Under the pieces are notes generated by a model. The model was not told the DNA's origin, did no database searches, and was given only the letters and a program-made list of their open reading frames with translations. Both the position numbers and the translations under genes were made by a program. Shown here piece after piece: positions 49,825 through 60,858 of a stretch of DNA of 64,000 nucleotides (within the stretch, counting starts at the first letter, position 1; each line of letters opens with the position of its first letter). Source of the DNA: an uncultured Poribacteria bacterium (lineage in GTDB: Bacteria; Poribacteria; WGA-4E; WGA-3G); contig CATQHZ020000001.1 in the NCBI GenBank assembly GCA_958296135.2, positions 3,776,001 through 3,840,000 on the forward strand, given 5' to 3'.

Positions 49825-49956
49825 AGGTCTTCCTCCTTGTTGCCATACAGCGGCCGGTCTGCAAACGCTGCAATGCCCGACCCCGGGGATAAAACTGACA
49901 CGCTACATTAAGTTTATCACATTTTTGTTACCGTGTCAAATTTATTTGCCGCCCTC

Positions 49957-50763
49957 TTACCCACTCCGTTTCAACCTGCCGACGCGCTTGGCATATTTCT
50001 CGCCGAGATGGAAGACCCAAAATCCAAGCGGAATCAGCACAATCCCGATGATGAGTAGTAAGAACAAATTGCCCGCTTGGCTCTCAACCGACGCGTTTTC
50101 AAGCATCGCCGCGCGGATAGACTTGAGGGTGTAAGTCGCCGGGGAAATCCAAGAGAGCGGTTGCAGCCATTCCGGCAGCACCTCAATCTCATAATAAATG
50201 CCGGAGATTAACAGCAGCAGCGATTGGATAATCCCCGTCGCCGCTTGTCCTTTTTCTGGCGAGAGCAGCGGAAAAATTGCAGCCATCAACCCAATTCCGA
50301 TGAAAGAGAGACTGGAAACGGTTACCGTAATCGCCATCGTGAACCAATTCGCGCGCCCGAGGTTGATGTGCTCGCCGAAGAAGAGGGGCATTATCGCCAG
50401 GACGAGCCCTGTCCGTAAAAGTCCATACAGAATCGCGAATAAGCAGGAGCCGACGAGGTGCGTGATGCGGTGAATCGGTGCCATGAAGGTATACTCTATG
50501 GTGCCTTCCCACCGTTCCCACGTAATTGCATCGCTCACCTCGCGCATCATGATAGAGAGAAAGCCCCAGATGAGCGCGCCAATGACGAGATAAAGCACAT
50601 CATCGCTCGAGCCGCGCCCCACCATGATTAAACCGATAGTTAGCGCGTTGACAATAGAGTAACTGAAAAACAAGATTTCCCAGCTGAGGTACCGCTTCAG
50701 GAGATTAAAATTGCGTTCAATGAAGGCGTAGGAAACCACGGTTTCCCGCACGAGATTCAGCAT
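49957..50763 (-). CDS. ABC-2 type transporter permease
   Basis: ERWEGTIE..F.API, SGIYY....LP.WLQ, about 6 TM helices. Confidence 0.9.
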   Translation of the reverse strand: MLNLVRETVVSYAFIERNFNLLKRYLSWEILFFSYSIVNALTIGLIMVGRGSSDDVLYLVIGALIWGFLSIMMREVSDAITWERWEGTIEYTFMAPIHRITHLVGSCLFAILYGLLRTGLVLAIMPLFFGEHINLGRANWFTMAITVTVSSLSFIGIGLMAAIFPLLSPEKGQAATGIIQSLLLLISGIYYEIEVLPEWLQPLSWISPATYTLKSIRAAMLENASVESQAGNLFLLLIIGIVLIPLGFWVFHLGEKYAKRVGRLKRSG

Positions 50764-50767
50764 CGGT

Positions 50768-51643
50768 TTATTCCTCCTCGTCCCCGATATCTTTGCCGGT
50801 GAGCGCGATGAAGACATCTTCCAACGTCGCCGGCGCACCGTTCAGTGATGGCACCCGGGCGATGAGTTCCTGGACAGTGCCTTCCGCGATGAAGCGTCCC
50901 TTATCAATAATGGCGATTTTGTCGCACAACCTTTCCGCTTCCGCCATATCGTGCGTCGTCAGCACGATGACAGCATGCCGTTCGCGGCGGATATCCTCAA
51001 TAAATGCCTGCACATCGCGTTTGGATTTCGGGTCCAGCCCTGTTGTTGGCTCATCAAGCAACAGAAGCATCGGCGAAGTTAACAAAGCACGCGCAATCGC
51101 TACCTTCTGCTGCATCCCGCGCGACAGGTTCTCCATCTCTTCGTCCATCCGCGCCGCATTGAAACCAAGGCGTTCTAAAATCTCACGTGCTTTTTTCTCT
51201 GCGGCCTCCGCGGAGATGCCGTAGAGGCGCGCGGCGTAAATCAGGTTTTCGGTGGAGGAAAGCCGTTTGAAGAAAGATGCCTCAACGGAAACGCGGTTCA
51301 TCACCTGTCTCACCTTCAGACTCTCAGTCACAACGTTGTCGCCGAAAACGTGAATGCTGCCTGCATCGGGCAAAAGTAAGGTAGAAATACAACGAATCAG
51401 GGTAGATTTCCCAGAGCCGTTCGCACCGAGGATGCCGTAGATCTCTCCGATGCCTACCTCCAGCGAGATGTTGTCAACGGCGCGGATAGTCTCTTTCTCA
51501 CGCTTAAAAAACTGGCGCAGGCGTTGGTAAAAATGTAGGTTCTCTGCCAGCTTTGTCCGCTTGGTTCGATGAAAATCTTTCGTCACCTCGCGGACAGATA
51601 GTCCATGGATTGGTTGTTCCACCTCTTTTTCCTCTATAGACAT
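50768..51643 (-). CDS. ABC transporter ATP-binding protein
   Basis: GANGSGKS, LSRGMQQ, LLDEPTTGLD, TTH. Confidence 0.93.
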   Translation of the reverse strand: MSIEEKEVEQPIHGLSVREVTKDFHRTKRTKLAENLHFYQRLRQFFKREKETIRAVDNISLEVGIGEIYGILGANGSGKSTLIRCISTLLLPDAGSIHVFGDNVVTESLKVRQVMNRVSVEASFFKRLSSTENLIYAARLYGISAEAAEKKAREILERLGFNAARMDEEMENLSRGMQQKVAIARALLTSPMLLLLDEPTTGLDPKSKRDVQAFIEDIRRERHAVIVLTTHDMAEAERLCDKIAIIDKGRFIAEGTVQELIARVPSLNGAPATLEDVFIALTGKDIGDEEE

Positions 51644-52116
51644 TAAGCCCCTAATGGTGCTTTATCGGCATGGGGCCAGAGCGATTCAGTTCCCGGATGA
51701 ACTGTCCAGGGCGGATGTCCATATCCACCCTGACAATCGGGAGATTGAAAACGAAATCGTCCTGGGTATAGGGCCTTTTCTTATTGACATTTTTCGTCAG
51801 ATTTTATAGCATATCCCTGAAGCTTCGGGTATATGGCGCGCGATTTAAACAAGGCTCGCCTGACTGCATTTTAACCGAAAAGGCGGAAAATTCTTCAATA
51901 TATCGCTATTTGCTTTTACCGCTGCTGGTGCTATTTTACGTCGTTGTTGCGCAGCAAGACAAACTCGCTGTCACATGGGCGCAAATGAAGGCGTTACCTT
52001 CCAGGTAGGTTTCTTTCCCTATTTCTTCCAGTTCGGCAGACGCGCTTTCCAAGCGCGCACGCGCCACAAAGTGCGCGGTTAAAAACCGAGCCTACCGAAT
52101 CCCGGCTACAGACATC

Positions 52117-52851
52117 CTACGCAAGTAATGAAGCAGAACCTGCATCCAGAAATACAGCGCAATCCGGGTGCGTCTGCAGGATAGACGCGGGATGCATCGG
52201 TGTTATCGCACCGGTGAGGCAATCGCGAACGGCTTCTGCTTTGCGTTCATCGGGGACAGTGCAAATAATTGACTTCGCCATCATGAGCTGGCGGATAGAC
52301 ATGGAGATAGCTTGGGTTGGCACCTCATCAAGCCCAGAAAACCATCCCTCGCCTACCTGCTGAAGCCGACACGCCTCATCCAATTCGACGACAATATAGG
52401 GCGCGTCGGTTTCAAAGTCCGCGGGCGGATCGTTGAAGGCGAGGTGCCCATTTTCGCCGATGCCGACGAATGCCACGTCAATCGGATGTTGCGCGATAAT
52501 GCTATTGAGCCGCGCGCATTCCGCTTGCGGATTGTCCGTTTCGCCGTTCAGGAAATGCACCGTCCCAGGCTGCACCAGATCGACAAGCCGTCCCCGCAGA
52601 TATTTGCGGAAACTGGCAGGATGCGTCTCTGGAATCCCGATGTATTCGTCCAGATGGAACATCGTCGTCTTGTCCCAGTCAATGGCGGTATCCGCAGTGA
52701 GCGCGGCGAGAAAATCAAACTGCGAGGCACCTGTCGCGACGATGAAGTTCGCGTGTCCGTGGGCGCGGAGTGCCTCTTGGAGTTTCGTGCTTGCGGCGTG
52801 TGCCGCCGCTTCGCTAGTTTCGCGTTTGGTTGTCGTTTTAAAAATCTTCAT
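52117..52851 (-). CDS. nagB: glucosamine-6-phosphate deaminase family protein
   Basis: [32 protein letters not shown]. Confidence 0.85.
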   Translation of the reverse strand: MKIFKTTTKRETSEAAAHAASTKLQEALRAHGHANFIVATGASQFDFLAALTADTAIDWDKTTMFHLDEYIGIPETHPASFRKYLRGRLVDLVQPGTVHFLNGETDNPQAECARLNSIIAQHPIDVAFVGIGENGHLAFNDPPADFETDAPYIVVELDEACRLQQVGEGWFSGLDEVPTQAISMSIRQLMMAKSIICTVPDERKAEAVRDCLTGAITPMHPASILQTHPDCAVFLDAGSASLLA

Positions 52852-52894
52852 TGTTTCATTTACGGCTCTTAAGGGGAGTGAGAGATATCCGCCC

Positions 52895-53536
52895 TCACAA
52901 AAGCATACGGGTGAAATCCCGTTTCCAACTCGGCGAGAGAGCCGACAGTTTTCGGGCCCGCTCGATTTTCCCAAGGTTATCCTTATCAAAATAGCGCAGG
53001 TTCAGAATCTCCGTAACGCTCATTGATTCGGATGCCCTTTCAATGCGGATGATGGCATCGCCGGCGGTGATATCTCCTTCCGCAAGCACCCGAAAATAGA
53101 AACCGACACGGCGGCTGGCTAAGAATTGTTTCGCGAACCCTGGCATTCCCATTTTGGACTCCAACTTGAAACAAGGAACGCGCGGTTGCGTGACTTGCAA
53201 TTTTGCCGTTTCCCCTACCTGAAAAACATCGCCGATATGGATAGCGTCTTCCACCATGTCTTCAACGGTAAGATTTTCGCCGAATTGGCCGGCGGTTAAG
53301 TCATCTCGCTGCAACACCTCTTTCCAGAAAACGTAGTGCTCGCTCGGGTAAGCGTAAACGGATTTATAGGTACCACCGTGGACGCGAAGATCTCCCTGGC
53401 CATCGCCGTCAATGTTCTTCTCTCTGAGCATGACGGTGCCGGTTACGGGTTCTTTGAAAATCCCGGTCAGGATAGTTTTTCCGCGGTATTGGATAGGTTT
53501 CGGTTTTGAGACGTTTATAGATAAGAGTTGCATCAT
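52895..53536 (-). CDS. MOSC domain protein (YiiM-like)
   Basis: [33 protein letters not shown]. Confidence 0.92.
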   Translation of the reverse strand: MMQLLSINVSKPKPIQYRGKTILTGIFKEPVTGTVMLREKNIDGDGQGDLRVHGGTYKSVYAYPSEHYVFWKEVLQRDDLTAGQFGENLTVEDMVEDAIHIGDVFQVGETAKLQVTQPRVPCFKLESKMGMPGFAKQFLASRRVGFYFRVLAEGDITAGDAIIRIERASESMSVTEILNLRYFDKDNLGKIERARKLSALSPSWKRDFTRMLL

Positions 53537-53841
53537 AGTAATGAGTATACAAATTTTTTCAGGTTTTGTCAAGACTTTTAATCGCATTCGTCAACGATGG
53601 TTTGTCCACAAGCGGGTTGAAGGAAAAGACAAGGGCGAAGTGAATGCCTTCGTCGAGTGATGCATCTTGTTGCGGTTCGGCGGGTTCTCCATCGCCATCG
53701 GTTTTCCAGTGGCCGGTTTGCTCGGTGGTATCATCGGCGACATCCGTTGGGACAACCAAATTGCTTGGATGTCTCTGGAAAGTGATGTTGATTTAAACGG
53801 CGCGTTCTGGTATACTTTGTCACAATAGATAGGAGATAAAA

Positions 53842-54663
53842 ATGCACGAAGAATACCTGAACGTCCTCCAAAGCAAAGCCGATTCAGATACGCGAGTGCT
53901 AGCAGCTTGGCTTGAGGGAAGCCTCGCCAAAGGCACCGCCGATAAATACTCGGACATGGATATCCACCTCTTGGTTGCCCCAGAAAATAAGGGCGCTTTC
54001 CAGCAGGAACTTGAATCGTGGATCTCCGATATCCAGCCCCTAGTCCTTTTTAGAGAGACGTTTCCGGGGCAAATGATAACCGGTATCACCGAGGCGGGAT
54101 TGCGTCTTGATGTCTGGTTACATTCAGGCACAACGATTTCACGGGACCGGGCGGCCGTTCGCGTGTTGTATGCCGATGAAGGAAGCATTCAATTCAAGGA
54201 GGCACGGGGAGATAGCAAACCGAAAGAGGTTGCTTCAGCATTAGCGCGGCATTTCAACGAGTTTTGGCGGTTGATTGCCATCCTGCCTACGGTTCTCGGA
54301 CGTGAAGAGCACATCGCGGGGTTCATGGGAACGGCATTTGTGGGGATGGCACTTACGGAAGTGCTCATCATCGGCGGCGGGAAACAACGAGATAGAGGCG
54401 TGAAAAACGTCAACGATTTTTTGCAACCGGAACTCAGAGAAGAAATTGAGACAGCATTAAGCAAGGTAGGCCTCGGTAGAGAACCTCTGGCAAAAGCGCA
54501 TCTCCGGTTAGCCGCGATGATGCAACGCTATGGCCCAGGCATTGCAGCGCAGCACGGACTCACGTATCCTTTCGCTTTGGAAAAGGCTGTCATCGGTTAT
54601 ATTGCGAGAGAGCTACAGTTGTTAGGACTTTCGGGGTGTTTAACCGAGTTACACAGATGTTAA
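53842..54663 (+). CDS. nucleotidyltransferase domain protein
   Basis: GSLAKG.AD.YSD.D motif; TTGATT-N17-TATACT promoter and AGGAG RBS upstream. Confidence 0.85.
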   Translation: MHEEYLNVLQSKADSDTRVLAAWLEGSLAKGTADKYSDMDIHLLVAPENKGAFQQELESWISDIQPLVLFRETFPGQMITGITEAGLRLDVWLHSGTTISRDRAAVRVLYADEGSIQFKEARGDSKPKEVASALARHFNEFWRLIAILPTVLGREEHIAGFMGTAFVGMALTEVLIIGGGKQRDRGVKNVNDFLQPELREEIETALSKVGLGREPLAKAHLRLAAMMQRYGPGIAAQHGLTYPFALEKAVIGYIARELQLLGLSGCLTELHRC

Positions 54664-54894
54664 CCCATACATGCCGCTTATTTTCTTATGTATCTTTCCC
54701 AATAACCGTTCCGGGCGCGCTTGATTGAGGCGGCGTATTTTGGGATACTCCCTTCACAATAGAAAGGCGGCACTGATGAAACACGGAAGCAGATTACGTG
54801 CACGGAAGGCACTTGCCAGGGCCCGAACCCAATAGGGTGCCTCAATGCCCATCTGCAGCGCGAATGTCTACAGAGGGGCATTGGGTTTTCCGCG

Positions 54895-56367
54895 CTATTC
54901 AAAACCACCCACTTTCGCCGCTTGCGGTGCGCGCGTCGGAAGCCCTTTCTTTGCCAACGTGTCTGCTGGCACATAGTCGGAATAATCCGAAATCCCGCCG
55001 TGCGTCAGCGCATAGACGACGACGTTCGTCATGAAGCGATATACGCCCGGCGAATAGTGCACACTACGCGTCGGAAGACTCACCGACTCCATCGCGCACA
55101 TATAGTCCCGACGGACAATGAGAACGGACAACTTCTCATCGACAGTGATACCTTCAAGGTAGTTCCGTTTCGGCGGACGCGTCCCCCACCAGAAAATGTC
55201 AAAGCCGATCGGCGGGCCGCCCATTTCATAGAAGTTGTTGTAAACCTCGTGGGAGTTCAAGATACGTTCAATGTGGTATTCCGGCATGACGTACCGCATC
55301 TGCGCGAGGAAGAGCCGCACCATTGCCTGCGCAGGCGCATTCACACCGCAATCGTCAAAGACGAGGAACCCGCCTTTTTCCACAAGATATCGGCGGAGCC
55401 CCGCCGCCTCTGCCTCAGAAAATCGGCTATCCATTTTCCCGCCGCCATACTGTCTAGCGAGTAGGTTACGGGAATGCGTGAGCGAAGGCTCGTGCCCTGT
55501 CATAAAGGCAAGCGGCATTTTTAACAGATTCGCATCCGTCAGTTTCACCGCACCACCCTCAACGTTCATGTCCGTCTTGAGCTTGGTGCGTTCGTTGAGC
55601 CATTTCGTCAAGGCGTTCAACGAAGACGCATCTGCCCACCAGTCGGAAAGAGTATGGCGGATACGCGTGAAACGGAAAACACCGCGGATGTCTCTCCCTA
55701 CACCGACAACGTGTCCACCCGGCTCGCCTCTTTCAAGCGGCCGCACGTCCCCGCCGCCGAGAGGGATGCTCCTCACGACATCGTCTAATCCATTTTTCAC
55801 AGCACCAACGTGCTGCACCATCGCAAGCCCCGGTGCCCGCTCAAATGTGACTTTGAGTTGGACATCGCCCGCTGCTCCCCGATTCATACGAGCGGAACCT
55901 GCGGAAGGTGCAGTCGCCACAGGCGATGAGAAAGCTAACGCCCCGGGCGCATCGGATACCGGCAGCACTGCCTGCATCCACTCCTGCGGTTGCACATTTG
56001 ACACGACAACACTCGGAACGCTCGGGTTCACCGGCGCGTCTACCTTGACAACCTGATTTGTGAATTCCAGCACCGTCTGCGGCCGGAAAACGGTAGACTT
56101 ATCAAGAGCCTTCGTAACATGCGGTTTCACCTGAACAGGTTCAGAGACAACCGTGTGCTGTGGCGATACGACAGGCTTAATCGGCACTCGGATGATGGGC
56201 CTATGCACTATTGGCGGTTTCGGGGGCTCCACGGCAAAGAGGTCAAAATCAAAAAAAGCCTCAAAATAGTCGGTTTGACTGATGAGGTAGAACCCTGCGA
56301 TAAGCGCGATGACCAGGTGTAGCACCAGTGCTGTCACCAGCGCGCTTGAAGTTCTTTTCGCACTCAT
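54895..56367 (-). CDS. membrane-anchored DUF4159-like domain protein
   Basis: N-terminal TM, Pro/Val-rich linker, 'FMTGH...LRRYL..GGFL..DD...N.V.YALT'. Confidence 0.8.
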   Translation of the reverse strand: MSAKRTSSALVTALVLHLVIALIAGFYLISQTDYFEAFFDFDLFAVEPPKPPIVHRPIIRVPIKPVVSPQHTVVSEPVQVKPHVTKALDKSTVFRPQTVLEFTNQVVKVDAPVNPSVPSVVVSNVQPQEWMQAVLPVSDAPGALAFSSPVATAPSAGSARMNRGAAGDVQLKVTFERAPGLAMVQHVGAVKNGLDDVVRSIPLGGGDVRPLERGEPGGHVVGVGRDIRGVFRFTRIRHTLSDWWADASSLNALTKWLNERTKLKTDMNVEGGAVKLTDANLLKMPLAFMTGHEPSLTHSRNLLARQYGGGKMDSRFSEAEAAGLRRYLVEKGGFLVFDDCGVNAPAQAMVRLFLAQMRYVMPEYHIERILNSHEVYNNFYEMGGPPIGFDIFWWGTRPPKRNYLEGITVDEKLSVLIVRRDYMCAMESVSLPTRSVHYSPGVYRFMTNVVVYALTHGGISDYSDYVPADTLAKKGLPTRAPQAAKVGGFE

Positions 56368-56437
56368 TGTTTAGTCCTCCAAAAGATGTTTGCGCGTCTT
56401 AACGCGCCCCTTAAAAAAACTTATTGCAAATATAATT

Positions 56438-56454
56438 AGCAAATTCTATGCCAA
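56438..56454 (-). promoter_or_regulatory. sigma54 (-24/-12) promoter
   Basis: TTGGCATAGAATTTGCT (GG-N10-GC), 70 bp upstream of the DUF4159 gene. Confidence 0.7.
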
Positions 56455-56938
56455 TTTTTTGGTATTCCTAGCGGTTGTTCACGTTTAACGTGGAAACTGA
56501 CGTTGTCTTGCCAGAACGCATTGACGTTGTCAAGGCTTACGGCTCTTTTACCTCAAACAAAGATGCCCATATTTCCTGCCGTAAACCCGTTAAATTACCC
56601 AAAAGGGGCAAAATCCCTTTTAAAATGCACGAAAAGGTCCTTTGGGGTTCCTAGCGGTTGTTTCGCGGCGACTTGGCTGTTGACGTTGTAAATGCTTACG
56701 GTTCCAGCTATCCGGAGAAAAAATGCAACTTTTTGCGGTTTCAAGTGTATTAACAAGTAACAGGCTCAACATGAAGTTGTGATAAGGGTAAGGGCGGATG
56801 TCTCTATCCGCCCGTATCGCTCAAAAATCACTCATTCATTTTTTTTAATCTTCATGCGCTCTGGTTTCCCTACAGAGAGGATACAAATCAACATCATTTG
56901 GTATAACAGACTCAGCCAGAAACCGTAGGAGGATACGT

Positions 56939-57655
56939 ATGAATTTACTCTTGAAGATTGCCGGCCTTGCGGGAATCGGAGGTGTGGTATGCCTATTTTT
57001 AGTGTTCGCGCTCCGAGTGCCATACGCCCAAGATAAACCCGCTAGCGGTGCCATCCCCAGCGCGCCGAAGCAAAAATCCGTGATGCAACAACGCACACGA
57101 GCCCGTGCCAGCCAACGCCAAGTGGACTTCGGCGAAAATGAAGCGTTTTACCGCGTCATCATCGACAACAATCTCTTTCGGCCCCTCGGATGGAAAAAGC
57201 CGGAGGACAAGCCATCGTATAGCCTCCTCGGCACCGTTGTTGACACAGACAACGCGCGGGCGCAGGCGATTCTACTAGAGCCGCGGACGAATCGCTATTA
57301 CTTTGTCACCATCGGCGAGAAGGTAGGCGATACAACGGTGAAGGATATTCAACCGAAACAGGTTATCTTGGACGAAGCCGGAAAGACGATAACGCTGAAG
57401 GTAAGTCCGCTGCAGTTCCTTACGCAATCGCGCTCGCGCGGCGGGCCCGGGCGAGATGACGATGCACGCGCGAAAGCCAATGCCAAACGTAGTCACGAAA
57501 GCGGAAAAGCCGCGGTGAGTCCCAATTTGAACGTCGTGATTCCGAACAGAAAGCCCGGCAGATTTCAGATGAGCGCGGGGGTAGCCGAAAAGTTTCGTAA
57601 TGCTTCGCCGGAAGAGCGGCGGAAGATGATAGAGCAGGAATTCCGCAAGCGGTAA
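56939..57655 (+). CDS. GspC/PilP-like membrane-anchored protein
   Basis: N-terminal TM; 'NNLFRP...L.GTV...A.L.......IGE......VK.I.PK.V.L'. Confidence 0.6.
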   Translation: MNLLLKIAGLAGIGGVVCLFLVFALRVPYAQDKPASGAIPSAPKQKSVMQQRTRARASQRQVDFGENEAFYRVIIDNNLFRPLGWKKPEDKPSYSLLGTVVDTDNARAQAILLEPRTNRYYFVTIGEKVGDTTVKDIQPKQVILDEAGKTITLKVSPLQFLTQSRSRGGPGRDDDARAKANAKRSHESGKAAVSPNLNVVIPNRKPGRFQMSAGVAEKFRNASPEERRKMIEQEFRKR

Positions 57656-57836
57656 GCGAGAAGGAGGAGCAACGCAGGTGATAGAAGGCGGAATAGTGAC
57701 GGCTACTAACGAGACAAACCGACCTGGGCACCCGCTATCTTGTCATTTCTCGCGACGAAAAAACTGCTTCCGCAAAAAATGTGCAACTTTTTCGGCTTTA
57801 GTTTGTAGTGACGAATAAATGAAAAGGAGGATTCTC

Positions 57837-58847
57837 ATGAAAACCCGTTTTTTTCCAATTGTTCTCGGCGTATGCCTCGTTTCCCTGATTGGAGTGGCAC
57901 TCTTTGTGGTGTCGCGCTCCCAAACGGAGGCACCGATCGCGTCAGAGAGCATAACAACAACAGCGGCGCACCAAACAGAGGAGACAAATGTCAGCACAAC
58001 CTCCACGCGCGACGCTGAAGAAGTTGCGAAAAACCCCCAGTCTGCGAAGAGTCCCGCCCCATCTGCCGAAGAAACAGCGAAAATGGACGCTGTTAAACAG
58101 CAGCTCGTCCAGTCACTCGCTCAACGGTTTGAAGGGAAAACGCTTGCCGACGCGCCGGACATCGATTTCTCGCTACAAGAGATGCTTGACATCTTCGCCG
58201 ATGCCCAAGGCAAAGAGCGGATTGATATCGGGCAGATTGGACTGTATGCATTTCAAGAATTCGGTCCCGGCGGAGATCCGGCGGACTACGAACCCGAAAT
58301 GGCAGCGAAGGTTCACGAAATGGTTTTTAATACCCCTGGCGACTTTAGAGAGGTCCTGAGTGTTGTCGGAGATGCCGCCCACGAAAACCAGGATTTTTTG
58401 GTATGGAACCTGGCCTACTTCAAAGGCGACATCGGCGCAGGAATGGGGTGGATGATGGAACAAATCCTCGTCGCAGGTAATCTAGAGGAGGACCCGTTTT
58501 CTGTCCCGCCAGAGATGGCACCCCTCTTCGCGCCCGCTGTGCCAGAGGAAACTTCCTCAACAGCACCGCCTACGTTTGTGGAGACAGCCGATTCTCAACC
58601 TGACGCGCCCGCACCGATGTCAACCGCGCGGATAACAACTATCCGAGAGACGCTGTCTTCACACGGCACTGATGAAGGCATCTTGCATCTGCTTGAAACC
58701 GATGAGGCAGCGGCAAATTGGATTTTGGAACGCTTCGGTTCCTCCGAAGAAATAAAGGCATGGCTGGCTTCCGATGAACAGCCGCCTGCGGCACCCAAGC
58801 AAGCACCGAGTAGCCAACAACCTTTACCAACGGAGGTGCAACCGTGA
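57837..58847 (+). CDS. hypothetical exported protein
   Basis: RBS AGGAGG, N-terminal TM/signal, acidic composition. Confidence 0.7.
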   Translation: MKTRFFPIVLGVCLVSLIGVALFVVSRSQTEAPIASESITTTAAHQTEETNVSTTSTRDAEEVAKNPQSAKSPAPSAEETAKMDAVKQQLVQSLAQRFEGKTLADAPDIDFSLQEMLDIFADAQGKERIDIGQIGLYAFQEFGPGGDPADYEPEMAAKVHEMVFNTPGDFREVLSVVGDAAHENQDFLVWNLAYFKGDIGAGMGWMMEQILVAGNLEEDPFSVPPEMAPLFAPAVPEETSSTAPPTFVETADSQPDAPAPMSTARITTIRETLSSHGTDEGILHLLETDEAAANWILERFGSSEEIKAWLASDEQPPAAPKQAPSSQQPLPTEVQP

Positions 58848-59683
58848 GACAAAACACCCTCGCAAGAATCAGGAACGGGATATTACTCCTTTCGCTCTTT
58901 CTGCCGCTCTGCCTCGGTAACGGCTTAGCAGGCGCGAAAGAAAAAGTCCCGGTCGGCGAAGTAGTGAACGGCATGAAAGACATCGCCGACAAGAAAGCAC
59001 AGAGCAAAGCGGCTTTAGAGCAGGGGGCGCGGGCACCGTTAACCGATGCGCAGCAAAAACTTCTCCAGACACTTCTGAAGAACCGCGGGCCGGTAGACGA
59101 AGTCTTGTCAACCGCGCCCTATCTCGCCTACCTGAAGGAGCAAGTGGGCAAGGAATATCCTAACTTTCCTGCCTACCTCGCCGCGATGCCGACACCGAAG
59201 CGAAAAACCGCTGTGTTGTTCGCGTTTAAGGATGCCTTCTCTCCGGAGACATCGGCGAAAGAGTTGCACATCTTCGTCGATTACTATTTCAAAGCGCGGC
59301 GACTGATTGCGAAGAAGGGATTCACCATCCTTGACACGGAGGCGGCCGCCGAATTCAGAAGCATCTATCTGGTAAAACCTTATGCCGAGTTGATGCAGAA
59401 GGAGTTCAAGGACATCCCTTTTCCGCTGTTTTTCAAGAAAATGATGCAGATAGGGGTGATTCCTGATAATCTCGCCGCCATGCATACTGAAGTGTTTCAG
59501 CGCGCCTGGCGAGAACGGCTGGAAAAGCACGGCGCGGCGGAGGGGCTTCTGCGGTGTGCCATCGCAACGCCAGCCGAATTTGCGCTGATGCGTTCATTTT
59601 TTCAGGAGACAGCCACGTTTGAAAAGTGGATTATGGAGGCAGCTGAAGGTGATGCGGCAGAAGAAAACTCGCCGAGTCCGTAG
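58844..59683 (+). CDS. hypothetical exported protein
   Basis: RBS GGAGG, GTGA overlap with the previous gene, signal peptide. Confidence 0.7.
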   Translation: MRQNTLARIRNGILLLSLFLPLCLGNGLAGAKEKVPVGEVVNGMKDIADKKAQSKAALEQGARAPLTDAQQKLLQTLLKNRGPVDEVLSTAPYLAYLKEQVGKEYPNFPAYLAAMPTPKRKTAVLFAFKDAFSPETSAKELHIFVDYYFKARRLIAKKGFTILDTEAAAEFRSIYLVKPYAELMQKEFKDIPFPLFFKKMMQIGVIPDNLAAMHTEVFQRAWRERLEKHGAAEGLLRCAIATPAEFALMRSFFQETATFEKWIMEAAEGDAAEENSPSP

Positions 59684-59870
59684 GACGAGGGCCGGTCCCT
59701 CCCGAATCCTTTAGTTCTCCCCCTGCGTAGTTTGCGATAACTTGAGCGCAAACAGGTGGAGCTCAGGCGAGCTCCACCTACACGGAGGGACACGTTTTGA
59801 TTTCACTGTTGAATGCCACACCTAAAACTGAATGCCAATGCCTATCCCTCCTCCTACCGGCCAAAGAAGG

Positions 59871-60755
59871 TTATGTGCGGGGTTGAAGCTGTCCCGCCAA
59901 AATCGCGATGAGTTCCGCTAATGTCGGAAACCGGTCGCGAGCCTCCGGCGGCAGGTTAGCGAGGTGCGTTTCGCTAACGAAACGATACATGTCCGCCGCA
60001 CCGGACAAAATTCTCGGGGTTAACCCAGCATATTCAAAGGTTGCCGAGATTTCCTCCATTTCGCCGATCCATCGTCTTGCCTTAGGCGGCATGCCCGGCA
60101 GCCCTTTTTCCATCCGCTCAAAAAGCGCGGATTGACTTAACCGAAACTCTGCAGTGAGCGCATCCGAAACGCCCAAGACTTCCGCCGCCGTCAGGAGTTC
60201 AGTGCAGAGCGCAGTTAACCCTTTCGTTAACGAGGCATAACACATCTTAATCGCCGACGCGAGCCCGATTTCATCGCCGAGGGAACGCACGTCTAAGCCA
60301 TATCGGTTGAGTGCCAAAAACGCTTCAAGTGCCGGCCCTGAGGCATAGAAGCGCGTCGCGCCAGAGGTCCGCGGCGGTGGGCCGATGATAGACGCATCCA
60401 CAAACGTGCCGCCTGCCGATGTGATAACCTCGCCGAGTTTGCGCACCGTCTGCGGCGCGATGGCGTTGCAATCCGCATACGTCAGCGGCGTATCTGTCAC
60501 GAGCAGTGCATCGGCGACAGCTGCCGCAGCGGACATCGCCTGTGCTGGCACCATGATGGAGAGCACCAGGTCTGCCTCGGTGACGAGTTGCCGATACGTC
60601 GGCACATCAATAATTCCTGCTTTTTCGGCGAGCGCGCGAGTGCGAGCACTTCTCCCCACTAGACAAGTGATGACGCGCAACCCGTTTTGACGCAGAACAT
60701 CGCCGACGGTATGCCCCATATCACCGGGACTTAAAATTCCAATGGTGTCCGACAT
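59871..60755 (-). CDS. NAD(P)-dependent oxidoreductase (6-phosphogluconate DH / DUF1932 family)
   Basis: SPGDMG, DCNAIAP, ASAIKMCYA..TKG, RWIGEMEEI. Confidence 0.88.
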   Translation of the reverse strand: MSDTIGILSPGDMGHTVGDVLRQNGLRVITCLVGRSARTRALAEKAGIIDVPTYRQLVTEADLVLSIMVPAQAMSAAAAVADALLVTDTPLTYADCNAIAPQTVRKLGEVITSAGGTFVDASIIGPPPRTSGATRFYASGPALEAFLALNRYGLDVRSLGDEIGLASAIKMCYASLTKGLTALCTELLTAAEVLGVSDALTAEFRLSQSALFERMEKGLPGMPPKARRWIGEMEEISATFEYAGLTPRILSGAADMYRFVSETHLANLPPEARDRFPTLAELIAILAGQLQPRT

Positions 60756-60858
60756 ATTTGAAAATTCCTATAGACATGAAGGACCTAACGTCCCTTTTTT
60801 TCATATTGCGTTGAGTCAGTGGCGCGCTCCCAAAGCGCGCCTACCGGCCTTGCACGCT

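Noticed and set aside
54678-54894. Short minus-strand ORF between convergent genes
   Set aside because: No recognisable motif or RBS, so it cannot be supported.
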